From Candidatus Poribacteria bacterium (GTDB taxonomy: Bacteria > Poribacteria > WGA-4E > WGA-3G), in contig OZ240248.1 of assembly GCA_965198235.1 (NCBI GenBank), forward strand, positions 3,648,001 to 3,712,000: a stretch of DNA of 64,000 nucleotides, read 5' to 3'. Shown one piece after another: positions 38,891-49,020 of the stretch; positions within the stretch are counted from its first letter, which is position 1, and each line of letters begins with the position of its first letter. A program made the position numbers and the translations under genes. Below the pieces are notes generated by a model. That model was not told where the DNA came from, made no database searches, and saw only the letters and a program-made list of their open reading frames with translations.

Positions 38891-40723
38891 CTACTGTTTC
38901 ATTTTGATTTCTGCCCATGTGGTTGTCAACCGCTCTTTTGGGGTGACCGGCTTCCGATCGACAAGCCCCATCAACGCCTCTGAGACAACATCTGCCAGCG
39001 GCAACCCATCCCCGAGAATCTCATCGCTCTCCTGCGACCTATAGAAACCGAGGATCGTTCCTGTCTTCTCATGAAATAAAATGGAGCCGTCCGAGACGCT
39101 GTTCGCAGGACCACACGTATGCTGCCATAAACCTTTCGCTCCCAACCCGACATGCGGCACTGACACACACGCACGCACCTGAAGTGGAAGATTCAATGCG
39201 TTATCTTTGTCATTCCCTTTCAACGCAATACCCGACCCAAACTTATATGTCAGCAGTTCGACATCTGTTTCTGTGAGAATGGGGTCTGTTGATACCAGTA
39301 ACGGTTCATAAGCTGAGAGATCTACGTCTCTGATTGCCAGAAGCACGCTGCCTGTTTCACCGTCCGCACCGGGAAACGATGCGATTTCCCGAATCTTGAT
39401 ACTCTCCGCAACGACACCCGAATGACTCACGAGTGTGAAGTCTCCTTTGCTGAGGAACTTCTCTATGGAATCACCTTCACGTTTCTGCGCAACAAACAGC
39501 GCACCCTCGCCAAGCACCGTCCCCAAATAACCGGCGTGGAAAATCATATTCGGATCGTGGAGTAGGTAAAATACGGAGCGATGGTATGCCGGGGCGGGCT
39601 TGTTTACTGCGGTCCAGTCGGATTCACGCTGTTTCTGCTCAAGAAGCCGTTCGATGATACCGTAAGACTTACGCTTTGCTGCCCAAAACAACGCCGTGCT
39701 TCCCTCGGCATTCCTCACATTCACATCAATATCCTTATGAGAGAGAAGTCTCTCCAACAAACGCGGATATTCTTTTTCCACCGCATAGTGCAGGGCAGTC
39801 AAACCGTCCTCGTCTGTGGCGTTGACATCGGTATTTCTGTCTTCATTGATAACTCGGAGAGCGAAACTTTCACTGTTGTTGTGCTTGATTTCAAAAATAA
39901 GCGGAGACTTCGGACAACACCCATCGGGCGATGTCTCTAACTCATAATCAGGGAAAATACAATCCTCTAATGGGAGATTTTCGTGATAGAACTTGTAAAG
40001 CCAGACGATCCCGTTGGCATCATCCTGACTGATACTACGAGGTGCAATGAGACGAATGAGACCACACATAATCGAAGCGGGTTGGTGACCGATAGTGCCC
40101 CATAAGCCCCCTCTGCTGACTCTTAACTCTTCCATCTCCAATTCCAACCTTGGATATGTATCCCCTAAACCGAAAGAATGACCGATCTCATGCAGGAGAG
40201 CGAATGAAAATTTTGGGTTCACATCTGTGCCTTGGTGTATTATGAGGAGTGGTGGTTTATGTTCTTCCGGCCCTACCAATGCATGCGATTTGTCAAAGTT
40301 GCAGTAGAATTCGATGAGCAGGTCATAGAATAGCAAATCCGCATCATTTTTGATTACAAGATTCGGCACATAGCGAAAATCGTTGACGACGGGTTTGCCG
40401 GTATTCAAGTCCCGGACGGGCTGTAACCATGCGTTCAAGGCTTGGGTGATGGCTTCCTCTATCGCCTCACCGTTGTTTCTTGCCCTTGGTCGACAATTGT
40501 CGGCGTACCAGTAGCCAATCACCCACTGATCCTTATGCACCCTGCGGATGAGGTTGTTGAGTTTTCTTGTAGTCCTGGGATTTTGATGGTCAAACGCAAT
40601 AAATCCGTCTGTTGTGGGGGCACTGCTGAACAACACGCCTATCGCCACCGCAAGCGTCAGGAGAATCTGCGCGCCCTGTAGGAGGGATTTGTAATCCCGA
40701 TGCTTCTTTTTCATGAGTAGCAT
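38891..40723 (-). CDS. Secreted metzincin - ankyrin x2 - degenerate trypsin-like - C-terminal tail (paralog P3)
   Basis: HEIGHSFGLGD, SIMC, two ankyrin repeats, HTCGPANSVSDGSILF, PVTPKERLTTTWAEIK. Confidence 0.85.
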   Translation of the reverse strand: MLLMKKKHRDYKSLLQGAQILLTLAVAIGVLFSSAPTTDGFIAFDHQNPRTTRKLNNLIRRVHKDQWVIGYWYADNCRPRARNNGEAIEEAITQALNAWLQPVRDLNTGKPVVNDFRYVPNLVIKNDADLLFYDLLIEFYCNFDKSHALVGPEEHKPPLLIIHQGTDVNPKFSFALLHEIGHSFGLGDTYPRLELEMEELRVSRGGLWGTIGHQPASIMCGLIRLIAPRSISQDDANGIVWLYKFYHENLPLEDCIFPDYELETSPDGCCPKSPLIFEIKHNNSESFALRVINEDRNTDVNATDEDGLTALHYAVEKEYPRLLERLLSHKDIDVNVRNAEGSTALFWAAKRKSYGIIERLLEQKQRESDWTAVNKPAPAYHRSVFYLLHDPNMIFHAGYLGTVLGEGALFVAQKREGDSIEKFLSKGDFTLVSHSGVVAESIKIREIASFPGADGETGSVLLAIRDVDLSAYEPLLVSTDPILTETDVELLTYKFGSGIALKGNDKDNALNLPLQVRACVSVPHVGLGAKGLWQHTCGPANSVSDGSILFHEKTGTILGFYRSQESDEILGDGLPLADVVSEALMGLVDRKPVTPKERLTTTWAEIKMKQ

Positions 40724-40853
40724 ACTGTTTTTTGTCTCCTGTGTGCTATCGGTTATCGGTTATCGGTTATTAGTTGTCAGTTGTTCCTCGTCTGAATCGC
40801 GGATGACGCGGATTTTAAGAGGGAGTCGGGATTCGGAGATCGCTCCTATAACG

Positions 40854-41103
40854 GCGGTCAGTCGTCAGCCGTCAGCGGTCAGTAGGAATCGAGGAAGGTC
40901 GGGGAAATCCGCAGAAATCCGCGGGGAAAAAGAAATCCGCAGAAATCCGCAGAAACGCCCAAGCAAAAACCCCAAGCAAAAACCCCTATCAAGGGAAAAT
41001 TGAGGAAATTGAGGAAACGCCCTATCAAAAACCCCTATCAATACGCAGAAATACCCAAGCAAAAACACCCCAAGCAAAAACACCCCAAGCAAAAACACCC
41101 CTC
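40854..41103. repeat. Simple-sequence tandem repeats in the P3 leader
   Basis: GTCAGCn heptamers, GAAATCCGCA decamers, CCCAAGCAAAAACAC 15-mers. Confidence 0.8.
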
Positions 41104-41118
41104 CCACAGGTATTGCAG

Positions 41119-41146
41119 ATGATAACAGATTTCGGGGAAAAGTCAA
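41119..41146 (-). promoter_or_regulatory. Sigma70-type promoter of P3
   Basis: TTGACT-N16-TATCAT, near-identical to the P2 promoter. Confidence 0.6.
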
Positions 41147-41215
41147 GAAAAGTCGGGAATCGGAGTTCCCTCCTACAGGAGAACTGAATGCCTCTGTACG
41201 GGAGGACTGAAAATT

Positions 41216-41244
41216 TTGACTTTAACGTGTTTTGAGGGTATAAT
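41216..41244 (+). promoter_or_regulatory. Sigma70-type promoter of glnS-gltX
   Basis: TTGACT-N17-TATAAT. Confidence 0.75.
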
Positions 41245-41344
41245 TATTAACATGATGTTCCAATCTCTATAAACGTGCCGCTTCACAAGAGCGGCAGTCT
41301 CTGTAACACGCCCAAAACAGCATATATTGCATGGTATTATAGAT

Positions 41345-43057
41345 ATGAAGCATTCAGATCCCCATCTAAAAGAAGACCCTAACAAACCCTCCAATACAAA
41401 CTTTATTCGTCAAGCGATTGAGGAAGATCTTAAGGTAAACAGGTATGACGGTAGAGTGCATACCCGATTTCCCCCAGAACCGAGTGGGTACCTCCATATC
41501 GGGCACGCCAAGGCTATCTGTATCAGTTTCGGCATTGCCGAAGATTTTGGCGGGCTTTACAATTTGCGGTTTGACGACAGCAATCCTCTCACAGAAGAGA
41601 GCGAGTACGTAGAAGGAATCAAGCGGGATGTCCGTTGGCTCGGCTTCGATTGGAAGGAACGGGAATATCACGCCTCAGACTATTTTGAGACGCTCTACGG
41701 ATATGCCGTCAAACTGATAGAGAAAGGGAAAGCCTACGTCTGTGATTTGACACCAGACGAGATGCGCACCTATCGTGGCACCTTGGTCGAACCCGGAAAA
41801 GACAGTCCTTATCGCGACCGATCGGTTGAGGAGAACTTGACGTTATTCCGTGGCATGCGCGATGGCGAATTTCCAAATGGTTCCCGTACGCTCCGCGCAA
41901 AAATTGATATGTCAAGCCCGAATCTGAATATGCGCGACCCTGTGATGTACCGTATCCTTCGTGCACATCACTATCGCCACGGCGATGCCTGGTGCATTTA
42001 TCCCACTTACGATTTCACCCATGGGCAGTCCGATTCCATAGAAGGCGTAACGCACTCGTTGTGTGATGTCCAGTTTGAAGACCATCGTCCGCTCTACGAC
42101 TGGTTTTTAGAGTCGTTGGAGATTTATCAGCCTCGCCAGATTGAATTCGCACGGTTGAATCTCACCTATACCGTGTTGGGTAAGCGGAACCTCAAAGTCC
42201 TCGTTGAGGAGGGACATGTCAGCGGATGGGACGATCCGAGGTTGCCGACGCTGTCTGGGATGCGTCGCCGCGGGTATACGCCTGAAGCTATCCGAGATTT
42301 TTGCAATCGCATCGGCGTTTCAAAGGCGGATAATCTCATTGAGATGGGACAACTTGAATACTCTATCCGCGATGATTTAAACCGTCGCGCGCCGCGGGTC
42401 ATGGCAGTCCTCAATCCGGTTAAGGTTATTATCGACAATTATCCAAACGGACAGGTCGAGATGTTAGACGCTGAAAATAATCCGGAAGACGAGAACGCGG
42501 GAACACGGCAGATCCCGTTTTCGCGGGAAATCTATATCGAACGAGAAGATTTTATGGAGGATCCACCACGGAAATTCTTCAGATTGGCTCCCGGACGAGA
42601 GGTGCGGCTTAAGCATGCATATTATATCCAGTGTGAACGGATCGTTAAAGATGAAACCGGTGAAATCGTTGAGATTCGCTGTACCTATGATCCTGAAACG
42701 CGTGGTGGCTGGTCAGAAGACGGACGCAGGGTGAGAGGCACATTGCACTGGGTTTCTGCTGAGCATGCCGTTGATGCTGATATCCGCCTCTACGATTCGC
42801 TCTTTACGGAACGTGAGCCGGAGAACGCGGCGGATGGCGCGGATTGGATGCGATTCCTCAATCCGAACTCTTTAGAGGTTCTAAGCGACTCCAAAGTTGA
42901 ACCGAGTCTTGTTGAGGCGACCCCGGAAAACCGGTATCAATTCCTCCGGATGGGCTATTTTTGCCTTGATCCGGATACAACACCAGAGAAATTAGTATTC
43001 AATCGCACAGTACCGCTAAGGGATAGCTGGGCGAAGATTCAGAGGGGACAAAAATGA
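41345..43057 (+). CDS. glnS: Glutamine--tRNA ligase
   Basis: [40 protein letters not shown]. Confidence 0.96.
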   Translation: MKHSDPHLKEDPNKPSNTNFIRQAIEEDLKVNRYDGRVHTRFPPEPSGYLHIGHAKAICISFGIAEDFGGLYNLRFDDSNPLTEESEYVEGIKRDVRWLGFDWKEREYHASDYFETLYGYAVKLIEKGKAYVCDLTPDEMRTYRGTLVEPGKDSPYRDRSVEENLTLFRGMRDGEFPNGSRTLRAKIDMSSPNLNMRDPVMYRILRAHHYRHGDAWCIYPTYDFTHGQSDSIEGVTHSLCDVQFEDHRPLYDWFLESLEIYQPRQIEFARLNLTYTVLGKRNLKVLVEEGHVSGWDDPRLPTLSGMRRRGYTPEAIRDFCNRIGVSKADNLIEMGQLEYSIRDDLNRRAPRVMAVLNPVKVIIDNYPNGQVEMLDAENNPEDENAGTRQIPFSREIYIEREDFMEDPPRKFFRLAPGREVRLKHAYYIQCERIVKDETGEIVEIRCTYDPETRGGWSEDGRRVRGTLHWVSAEHAVDADIRLYDSLFTEREPENAADGADWMRFLNPNSLEVLSDSKVEPSLVEATPENRYQFLRMGYFCLDPDTTPEKLVFNRTVPLRDSWAKIQRGQK

Positions 43058-44565
43058 ACGAAACACCAGACGGGGCATCGGTTTCCGTTGTGAAAGACCC
43101 AGTTCGAGTACGGATGGCGCCCTCGCCCACCGGCTATCTACACATCGGCGGCGCGCGAACGGCGCTATTCAACTGGCTGTTCGCTAAACATCACAATGGC
43201 AAATTCATCCTCCGAATTGACGATACGGATATGGCGCGTTCCACTGATGAATCCATGCACGAAATCTATATCGCGCTGAAGTGGTTGGGACTTGAATGGG
43301 ACGAGGGTGGCGATAAGGGCGGTCCGTGTGGGACTTATGTGCAATCCGAACGGAAAGCCATCCACGATAGTTATATTGCGCAGTTGCTTGAAAGTGGCAA
43401 CGCATACCACTGTTATTGCACGCCGGAAGAATTAGAGAAGATTCGTGCGCAGGCACGCGCCGACAAACAGACGCGTTCCTACGATGGGAGATGCCGAGAT
43501 TTAACTTCAGAAGCCGTAGAGCACTTTGTGGCAGAAGGTAGAAAGCCGACCGTGCGAATAAAGATGCCTGACACACCGATCCGTGTTGACGACATCATCC
43601 TCGGTTCCCGCAACATTGATCCGGCTACTTTAGAGGATGAGGTGGTTGTGCGTTCAAACGGGATGCCGAACTACAATCTCACTTCAATTATCGACGATGC
43701 GGAGATGCAGATAACGCACGTAATTCGGGGAACAGAGCATCTCAACAATACGCCGAAGCAAATTGCGATCGCGAATGCTCTCGATTTAAGCGTTCCGCAG
43801 TTTGCGCACATTCCATTGGTGTTGGATAGTAGTGGCAGGAAGATGAGCAAACGTCATCACGGCGACCTCGTCGCTGTTAACCGCTACCGTGAACAGGGGT
43901 ATCTACCTGAAGCGATGCTGAACTTTGTTGTCCGACTCGGTTGGTCCTACGATGACAAGCAGGAGATTTTCTCTGTTGATGAACTCATCGAGAAATTCGA
44001 TCTTGCACGGGTTGGAAAGAGTGGGAGTGTTTTTGATATTAAGAAACTGGAGTGGCTCAACTCCCACTATATTAATCAACTCGATGTTACGGCACGGACG
44101 GAGGCAGTCATCCCGTTTTGGCAGGAAGAGGGCTTGCTGGATAATTCAACTGAAGATCGCAACTGGCTGGAAGGCATTGTGGAAGCGGTGGGTGAACGGC
44201 TGACAACACTTCAGGACATCGTCCCACAGACCTCCTATTTCTTTACCGATGGATTCGAGTATGAACCGAAAGCGGTCAAGAAATGGTGGGGGAACTCAGA
44301 AGAAAAGAGGGAGAAAACTCGCGAGATTCTGACGAATATCTCACAGATTTTGGAAGAGATTCCTACGTTTGACATAGAAACAATTGAAGCGGCAATTTGG
44401 AAATACACAGATGAGAAGGATATCAAACGCGTCGCAGCGATGCAAGCGTTGCGGATCGCACTGACGGGGACATCGTTCGGTCCGAGTCTCTTTGATATTG
44501 TTGTGTTGCTCGGTAAGAATGAAGTATTAAAGCGGATCCCAAAGGCGATAGAACACTTCACTTAG
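43054..44565 (+). CDS. gltX: Glutamate--tRNA ligase
   Basis: [21 protein letters not shown]. Confidence 0.96.
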   Translation: MNETPDGASVSVVKDPVRVRMAPSPTGYLHIGGARTALFNWLFAKHHNGKFILRIDDTDMARSTDESMHEIYIALKWLGLEWDEGGDKGGPCGTYVQSERKAIHDSYIAQLLESGNAYHCYCTPEELEKIRAQARADKQTRSYDGRCRDLTSEAVEHFVAEGRKPTVRIKMPDTPIRVDDIILGSRNIDPATLEDEVVVRSNGMPNYNLTSIIDDAEMQITHVIRGTEHLNNTPKQIAIANALDLSVPQFAHIPLVLDSSGRKMSKRHHGDLVAVNRYREQGYLPEAMLNFVVRLGWSYDDKQEIFSVDELIEKFDLARVGKSGSVFDIKKLEWLNSHYINQLDVTARTEAVIPFWQEEGLLDNSTEDRNWLEGIVEAVGERLTTLQDIVPQTSYFFTDGFEYEPKAVKKWWGNSEEKREKTREILTNISQILEEIPTFDIETIEAAIWKYTDEKDIKRVAAMQALRIALTGTSFGPSLFDIVVLLGKNEVLKRIPKAIEHFT

Positions 44566-44607
44566 GAAGTACTGTTGGGTAAGTTGCAGAAGTGGAAGGA
44601 GTAAACT

Positions 44608-44922
44608 ATGGTTCCCAAAACAGAAACCACGCAAGATGTATCTCCAATTGAAGCCTCTGTTGCTTTCCACCCGCGAGGCAAACGCAAATTGCAACCGACT
44701 GTTGCGATGTTATGTGATTTAATTGACTTCGTAAGCCAAAACGAAACCCATCTACTTGTTCCATTAACGGAAATTGAATATCAGCAGCTTGCGGCGCGGC
44801 TAGACGATTTGCTTGACATAGTAGGGGAGGAAAATCACCCTTTGGCTCCCTTGCTGCATTTCGTTGGCACGCTTGTTAGGAATTATGAGGATGAGCATGT
44901 TCCAAGATTAACAGAGATTTAA
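44608..44922 (+). CDS. HigA-like antitoxin N-terminal domain without HTH (orphan)
   Basis: EYQQLAARLDDLLDIVGEENHPLAPLLHFVGTLVRNYEDEH; RBS AAGGAG. Confidence 0.6.
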   Translation: MVPKTETTQDVSPIEASVAFHPRGKRKLQPTVAMLCDLIDFVSQNETHLLVPLTEIEYQQLAARLDDLLDIVGEENHPLAPLLHFVGTLVRNYEDEHVPRLTEI

Positions 44923-45002
44923 TTTTACATGACACAGTGCTTGCTGAAGAAACGAAATTAGATACCTGATCTTTATCATGCCGAACTATCAGGAGATCAA
45001 TC

Positions 45003-46292
45003 ATGGCAGCAAAACTCGCTATATATGGTGGTAAAGGGACTGTCCCTGATGGATTAATTCAACCGTGGCCACAGATTACGCAATCCGATAGAGACGCGAT
45101 TGCTGAGGTTATCGCCTCCGAAAAAATTACGGAACAGCAACGGATCCAATCCGAAGGTCTCGCAAACGAATGGGCGGAATACATGGATGTCCAGTATTGC
45201 ATTCCGGTCAACAGCGGGACGGCTGCGTTGCATCTATGTGTCGCAGGTGTTGGCATCGAGCCGGGCGACGAGGTCCTTGTTCCCGCCTTCACTTTCTGGG
45301 CAACGGCAGCCGCTGTCCTCCATCACAACGCTATACCCGTCTTTGTTGATATTGACCCCGTAACTTACTGTATTGACCCCCAGGAAATAGAAGCGAAAAT
45401 CACGGAGCGAACGCGTGCGATTATGCCGGTTCATATCCACGGTATGCCCGCCGATATGGATCCGATTTTAGCAATTGCTAAAAGGCATGACCTGAAAATT
45501 ATGGAGGATGTCGCTCAGGCGCACGGGGCATATTATAACGGCAAGCTTTGTGGCTCCTTTGGCGATGCCGCGGGTTACAGCACGCAAGCCTCGAAAACGC
45601 TGAGTAGCGGGTGTCAAGGCGGTTTGTTCACAACGAATGATGAGCAAATCTACGAGCGCGCAGCGTTATTGCAGTATTTCGGGGAAATCGTTGTGCCGGG
45701 TAGGGAACGCGAGGAACAGGAATACAATGCTTACGGACTTGGATGGATGTATCGTGGGGATATGTTCAGTCAAGCTTTCATCCGTAGCCAACTCCAACGG
45801 CTTGATATAAACAACGCGCTGCGAATTAGAAATTGCCACTATCTCACGGAGCATCTGGATGAAATTGATGGTATCGAAACGCCTGTTACGCCAGAAGCGT
45901 GTGAACCCGTGTATTACAACTATGTCCTCGGTTTCGATCCAGAGGCGTTGGGATTAGATGTTTCCGCAAGAACCGTGCGTGAGAAAGTGCAAGCGGCACT
46001 CCGCGCTGAGGGAGTGCCAACGGGACAGTGGCAACGACTGCCTGTGCCGTCTCAAGAAATTTTCCAGAACCGGATCGGTTACGGGACAGGCTGTCCGTGG
46101 CGATGTAACCAGTCGACGGTTGAATATAAGACGGAGGACTATCCTCGAGCCGTTGAATTTATTGATTCGCACTGCTATATCTTCGATGTGAATCCACCCA
46201 ACGATTTCGAGTTGATGTCCTTTTACGTCGAAGCGTTCCATAAGGTAATGGATCAGCTTGATGCCGTGCTTGACGCGCCAGAGACCGCTTGA
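45003..46292 (+). CDS. DegT/DnrJ/EryC1/StrS family PLP aminotransferase
   Basis: NSGTAALH, GDEVLVPAFTF, EDVAQAHGA, STQASKTL. Confidence 0.93.
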   Translation: MAAKLAIYGGKGTVPDGLIQPWPQITQSDRDAIAEVIASEKITEQQRIQSEGLANEWAEYMDVQYCIPVNSGTAALHLCVAGVGIEPGDEVLVPAFTFWATAAAVLHHNAIPVFVDIDPVTYCIDPQEIEAKITERTRAIMPVHIHGMPADMDPILAIAKRHDLKIMEDVAQAHGAYYNGKLCGSFGDAAGYSTQASKTLSSGCQGGLFTTNDEQIYERAALLQYFGEIVVPGREREEQEYNAYGLGWMYRGDMFSQAFIRSQLQRLDINNALRIRNCHYLTEHLDEIDGIETPVTPEACEPVYYNYVLGFDPEALGLDVSARTVREKVQAALRAEGVPTGQWQRLPVPSQEIFQNRIGYGTGCPWRCNQSTVEYKTEDYPRAVEFIDSHCYIFDVNPPNDFELMSFYVEAFHKVMDQLDAVLDAPETA

Positions 46293-46329
46293 ATTGTATC
46301 AAGGATTTTCTTGAAACCGACAACATTTC

Positions 46330-46530
46330 ATGATACACTATAGGGACGTAAAACCGAGAGTCTACCTTGAAACGACGGTTATTAGTTATCTGGTAGGCAG
46401 GTCAAGCAGCGATGCAACGTTAGCGTCTTGGCAACGGATAACGCGGCAATTATGGGAAGACTCTGCGGATAGATTTGCGTTTGTCGTTTCACCGATAGTT
46501 TTCGCTGAGGTAAGTCAAGGTGATGCATAG
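46330..46530 (+). pseudogene. Truncated PIN-domain (VapC-like) toxin
   Basis: KPRVYLETTVISYL...EVSQGD then stop after about 60 aa. Confidence 0.7.
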
Positions 46531-46541
46531 GGGAATTTCAG

Positions 46542-46811
46542 ATGAAAGAAGAAGATTTTGAAAACTATACGGATCCTATCCTTGAGGAATGCTATCGGAT
46601 GAAAGAGGAATTCAACGCCCAATTCAACTCTGTCGAAGAACTCTCCGCGCATTTGTGAAAGGTTCAAGAAGAATGCCGACGGAAAGGCATGAAAGTTGTT
46701 TCGTATTATGTGCCACCTGAGAAGCGCAATCCAACAGAAGAATCTGACAGTGATGAAACCTCAAGCGATACACCACCACAAAAACCGTCGGCAGAAAATA
46801 CTTCGGCATAA
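46542..46811 (+). pseudogene. Small PIN-associated antitoxin-like ORF interrupted by in-frame TGA at 46656
   Basis: MKEEDFENYTDPILEECYRMKEEFNAQFNSVEELSAHL*KVQEECRRKGMKVV...; frame stays open to TAA at 46809-46811. Confidence 0.5.
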
Positions 46812-46927
46812 ATTATATCCCATGCATTTAGCCTCAATCCAAACAGTGTGGGCGGAACGCCACTCCTGCCCGCACGCGTAAGGCTAATGAGGAAATCGCG
46901 TACATGCCAACCCTAAACTGGATCGGC

Positions 46928-47309
46928 TTATACTGGAGCCTATAAATTTCAGAAACACTACTACCCGCACGTCGGAGATCTGAAGGCAGATGGTGAAGAA
47001 TTCCAATGCGCGCAGTTCATTGATATGTTGCCTGAAGTTAAATTTTGGGTGCGAAATCTTGAACGCAAACCACTACATTCCTTCTGGCTCCAGACTTCAA
47101 CCGACAGGTTTTATCCTGATTTTGTGTGCCTCTTGATCGATGGACGTTATCTCGTTGTTGAATACAAAGGTATTCATCTTTGGTCGGCTGATGATGCATC
47201 TGAAAAACGCGAGATCGGTGAGTTGTGGGAGGCACGTAGTGGCGGACAGTGCTTGTTCATCATGCCCAAGGGACCTGATTTTAATGCCATCCGAGCGAAG
47301 CTCTTCTAA
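46928..47309 (+). pseudogene. C-terminal nuclease fragment of a type III restriction (Res) enzyme
   Basis: YKFQKHYYP...EEFQCAQFID...WVRNLER...FYPDFV...VEYKG; no helicase domain. Confidence 0.75.
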
Positions 47310-47369
47310 AACCCAATTGACAAACATAAAAAAGACGAAACACATCAGTGTCCCGCCCTTTTTTAATTC

Positions 47370-48818
47370 CTATTCATCTGACTCGTCAGGATAGTCGATC
47401 GACCATTTGCCGCGTCCATCGCCAGAGGGTTCTTCTTTCCAGAGATCGAGGAAGTGATCAGGAGCGTTATGCTCCGTGAGGTGCGACATAAAGAGTTCAT
47501 GCAACTCCTTGACGAGTTCCATGTTATCTGCAGCGATGTTGTTCTCGGCTATCGGGTCTGCGGGTAGGTCGAACAGTTCCGGTCTGCCGTATTCACCGAC
47601 AGGTGCGTATCCCCAGCGTTCCGTGACGAGGAATGGCGTTGTCGCCCGGCGGGGCACACTTCCGTCCGGTGCACCGATATGGCAACCCGTTACGGCGTAT
47701 TCCCTGTGTTGTGCGTCGCCATTAAGGAGAGCATTTGCGAAGGAGCGTCCCTCAAACGGTTTTGGTGGATCCAAGGTGACACCAGCCAATTCACAGAGTG
47801 TCGGCATAATATCCATCGGTTGCGCGATGAGATCGAGACGTTTTCCGCTCGGCACCTCGCCACCAGCAATCAGGAACATCTCATGGTTGATTTCCGGGTA
47901 CGTGGGCCAATAGCGGGAATCTTCCGGATCAATGTTGGATTTACCCGTTCTATCGTGTTCCCCGATAGACATACCGTGGTCGGACAACACAACGACGAGG
48001 GTATCGTCCCATAACTCCAAATCCTCCACTTTCTGCAGAACCCGTCCGATGTGTCGGTCAATAAGTTCGGACTCACCGGCGTAGTGTGCCCAGAGGTTGT
48101 GCAGTTCGGCATCCGTAAAGAGTGACGACAGACCGTAGTTCGGATGTAGCATCGGTGGACCGGTGTAGTCCGGATCGTAGCGCTTGACGAGGTATTCGGG
48201 TGGATCCCACGGTTCGTGCGGATCGAAGAAATCTACCCAGAGGAAAAAGGGACCCGAGCGGTGGTTCTCTTCCAACCATCGGATTGTGGTCTCGGAGGTC
48301 CTGCCGGAGAACGTCTCCGCTTCATACTGGTAGTAGCGGTTCGTCCAACGGTGCGTGTTCGGCAGCGTGTGTCCTCTGTATGACGGATGCGGTCGGGTCT
48401 TCTCATTCGGCATAACGATCCGTATTTCGTCGTTGTGGTGGAGAAGCGGTTTGTCTCCCTCTTGTCCGCGATGCTGGAAGGCGGCATCGAAACAGTGCTG
48501 GAAACGGACGTTGAACAGGTGCGGGGTATCACAGATGAGCTGCGTTGCGTATCCCTGATCGCTCAGGAGTTGCGCGGTGATGTTCCGTCCGCTCAGATCG
48601 ATTGGTTGCCACGGGTAGTGGGGCCACCCGACTGTTCCCGTCATAATATCTGTGCGGTGTGGCACCGTTGGAAAGCTACTCATGTAGAATTTGTCGATAG
48701 CAGTGGCGCGTTCTGCCTCAAATTTGTCGAGCATTGGTGTGCGAATCGGACGTCTCGCCCGTTCGCCGAGATTGTCATACCGGAAGGTATCGGTAATCAG
48801 TAAAACAATATTTTTCAT
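47370..48818 (-). CDS. Sulfatase-like hydrolase (Thr at nucleophile position)
   Basis: LLITDTFRYD, FPTVPHRTDIMTG, FDPHEPWDPP, SDHG. Confidence 0.85.
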   Translation of the reverse strand: MKNIVLLITDTFRYDNLGERARRPIRTPMLDKFEAERATAIDKFYMSSFPTVPHRTDIMTGTVGWPHYPWQPIDLSGRNITAQLLSDQGYATQLICDTPHLFNVRFQHCFDAAFQHRGQEGDKPLLHHNDEIRIVMPNEKTRPHPSYRGHTLPNTHRWTNRYYQYEAETFSGRTSETTIRWLEENHRSGPFFLWVDFFDPHEPWDPPEYLVKRYDPDYTGPPMLHPNYGLSSLFTDAELHNLWAHYAGESELIDRHIGRVLQKVEDLELWDDTLVVVLSDHGMSIGEHDRTGKSNIDPEDSRYWPTYPEINHEMFLIAGGEVPSGKRLDLIAQPMDIMPTLCELAGVTLDPPKPFEGRSFANALLNGDAQHREYAVTGCHIGAPDGSVPRRATTPFLVTERWGYAPVGEYGRPELFDLPADPIAENNIAADNMELVKELHELFMSHLTEHNAPDHFLDLWKEEPSGDGRGKWSIDYPDESDE

Positions 48819-49020
48819 ATTTTTAACTATTAACCTCGCTATGATCGCCCCGTTGGGGCGACCATCGGTTTTAATGAAATCATTACCGCCTTGGATAATG
48901 ATGCCTCAATTTCTCTTGTCTGAGAATTCCTAATTATCCATCGTAATGTCTGAAGTTTCAAACCTTGCCAGCGAAGGGTTTATAGGAAGTCGGATAGCAA
49001 ACCCTGACAGCAAAATCGGA

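Noticed and set aside
16927-40723. Diversity-generating retroelement behind the paralog variation
   Set aside because: There is no reverse transcriptase or non-coding template repeat; differences include indels and are not visibly adenine-restricted.
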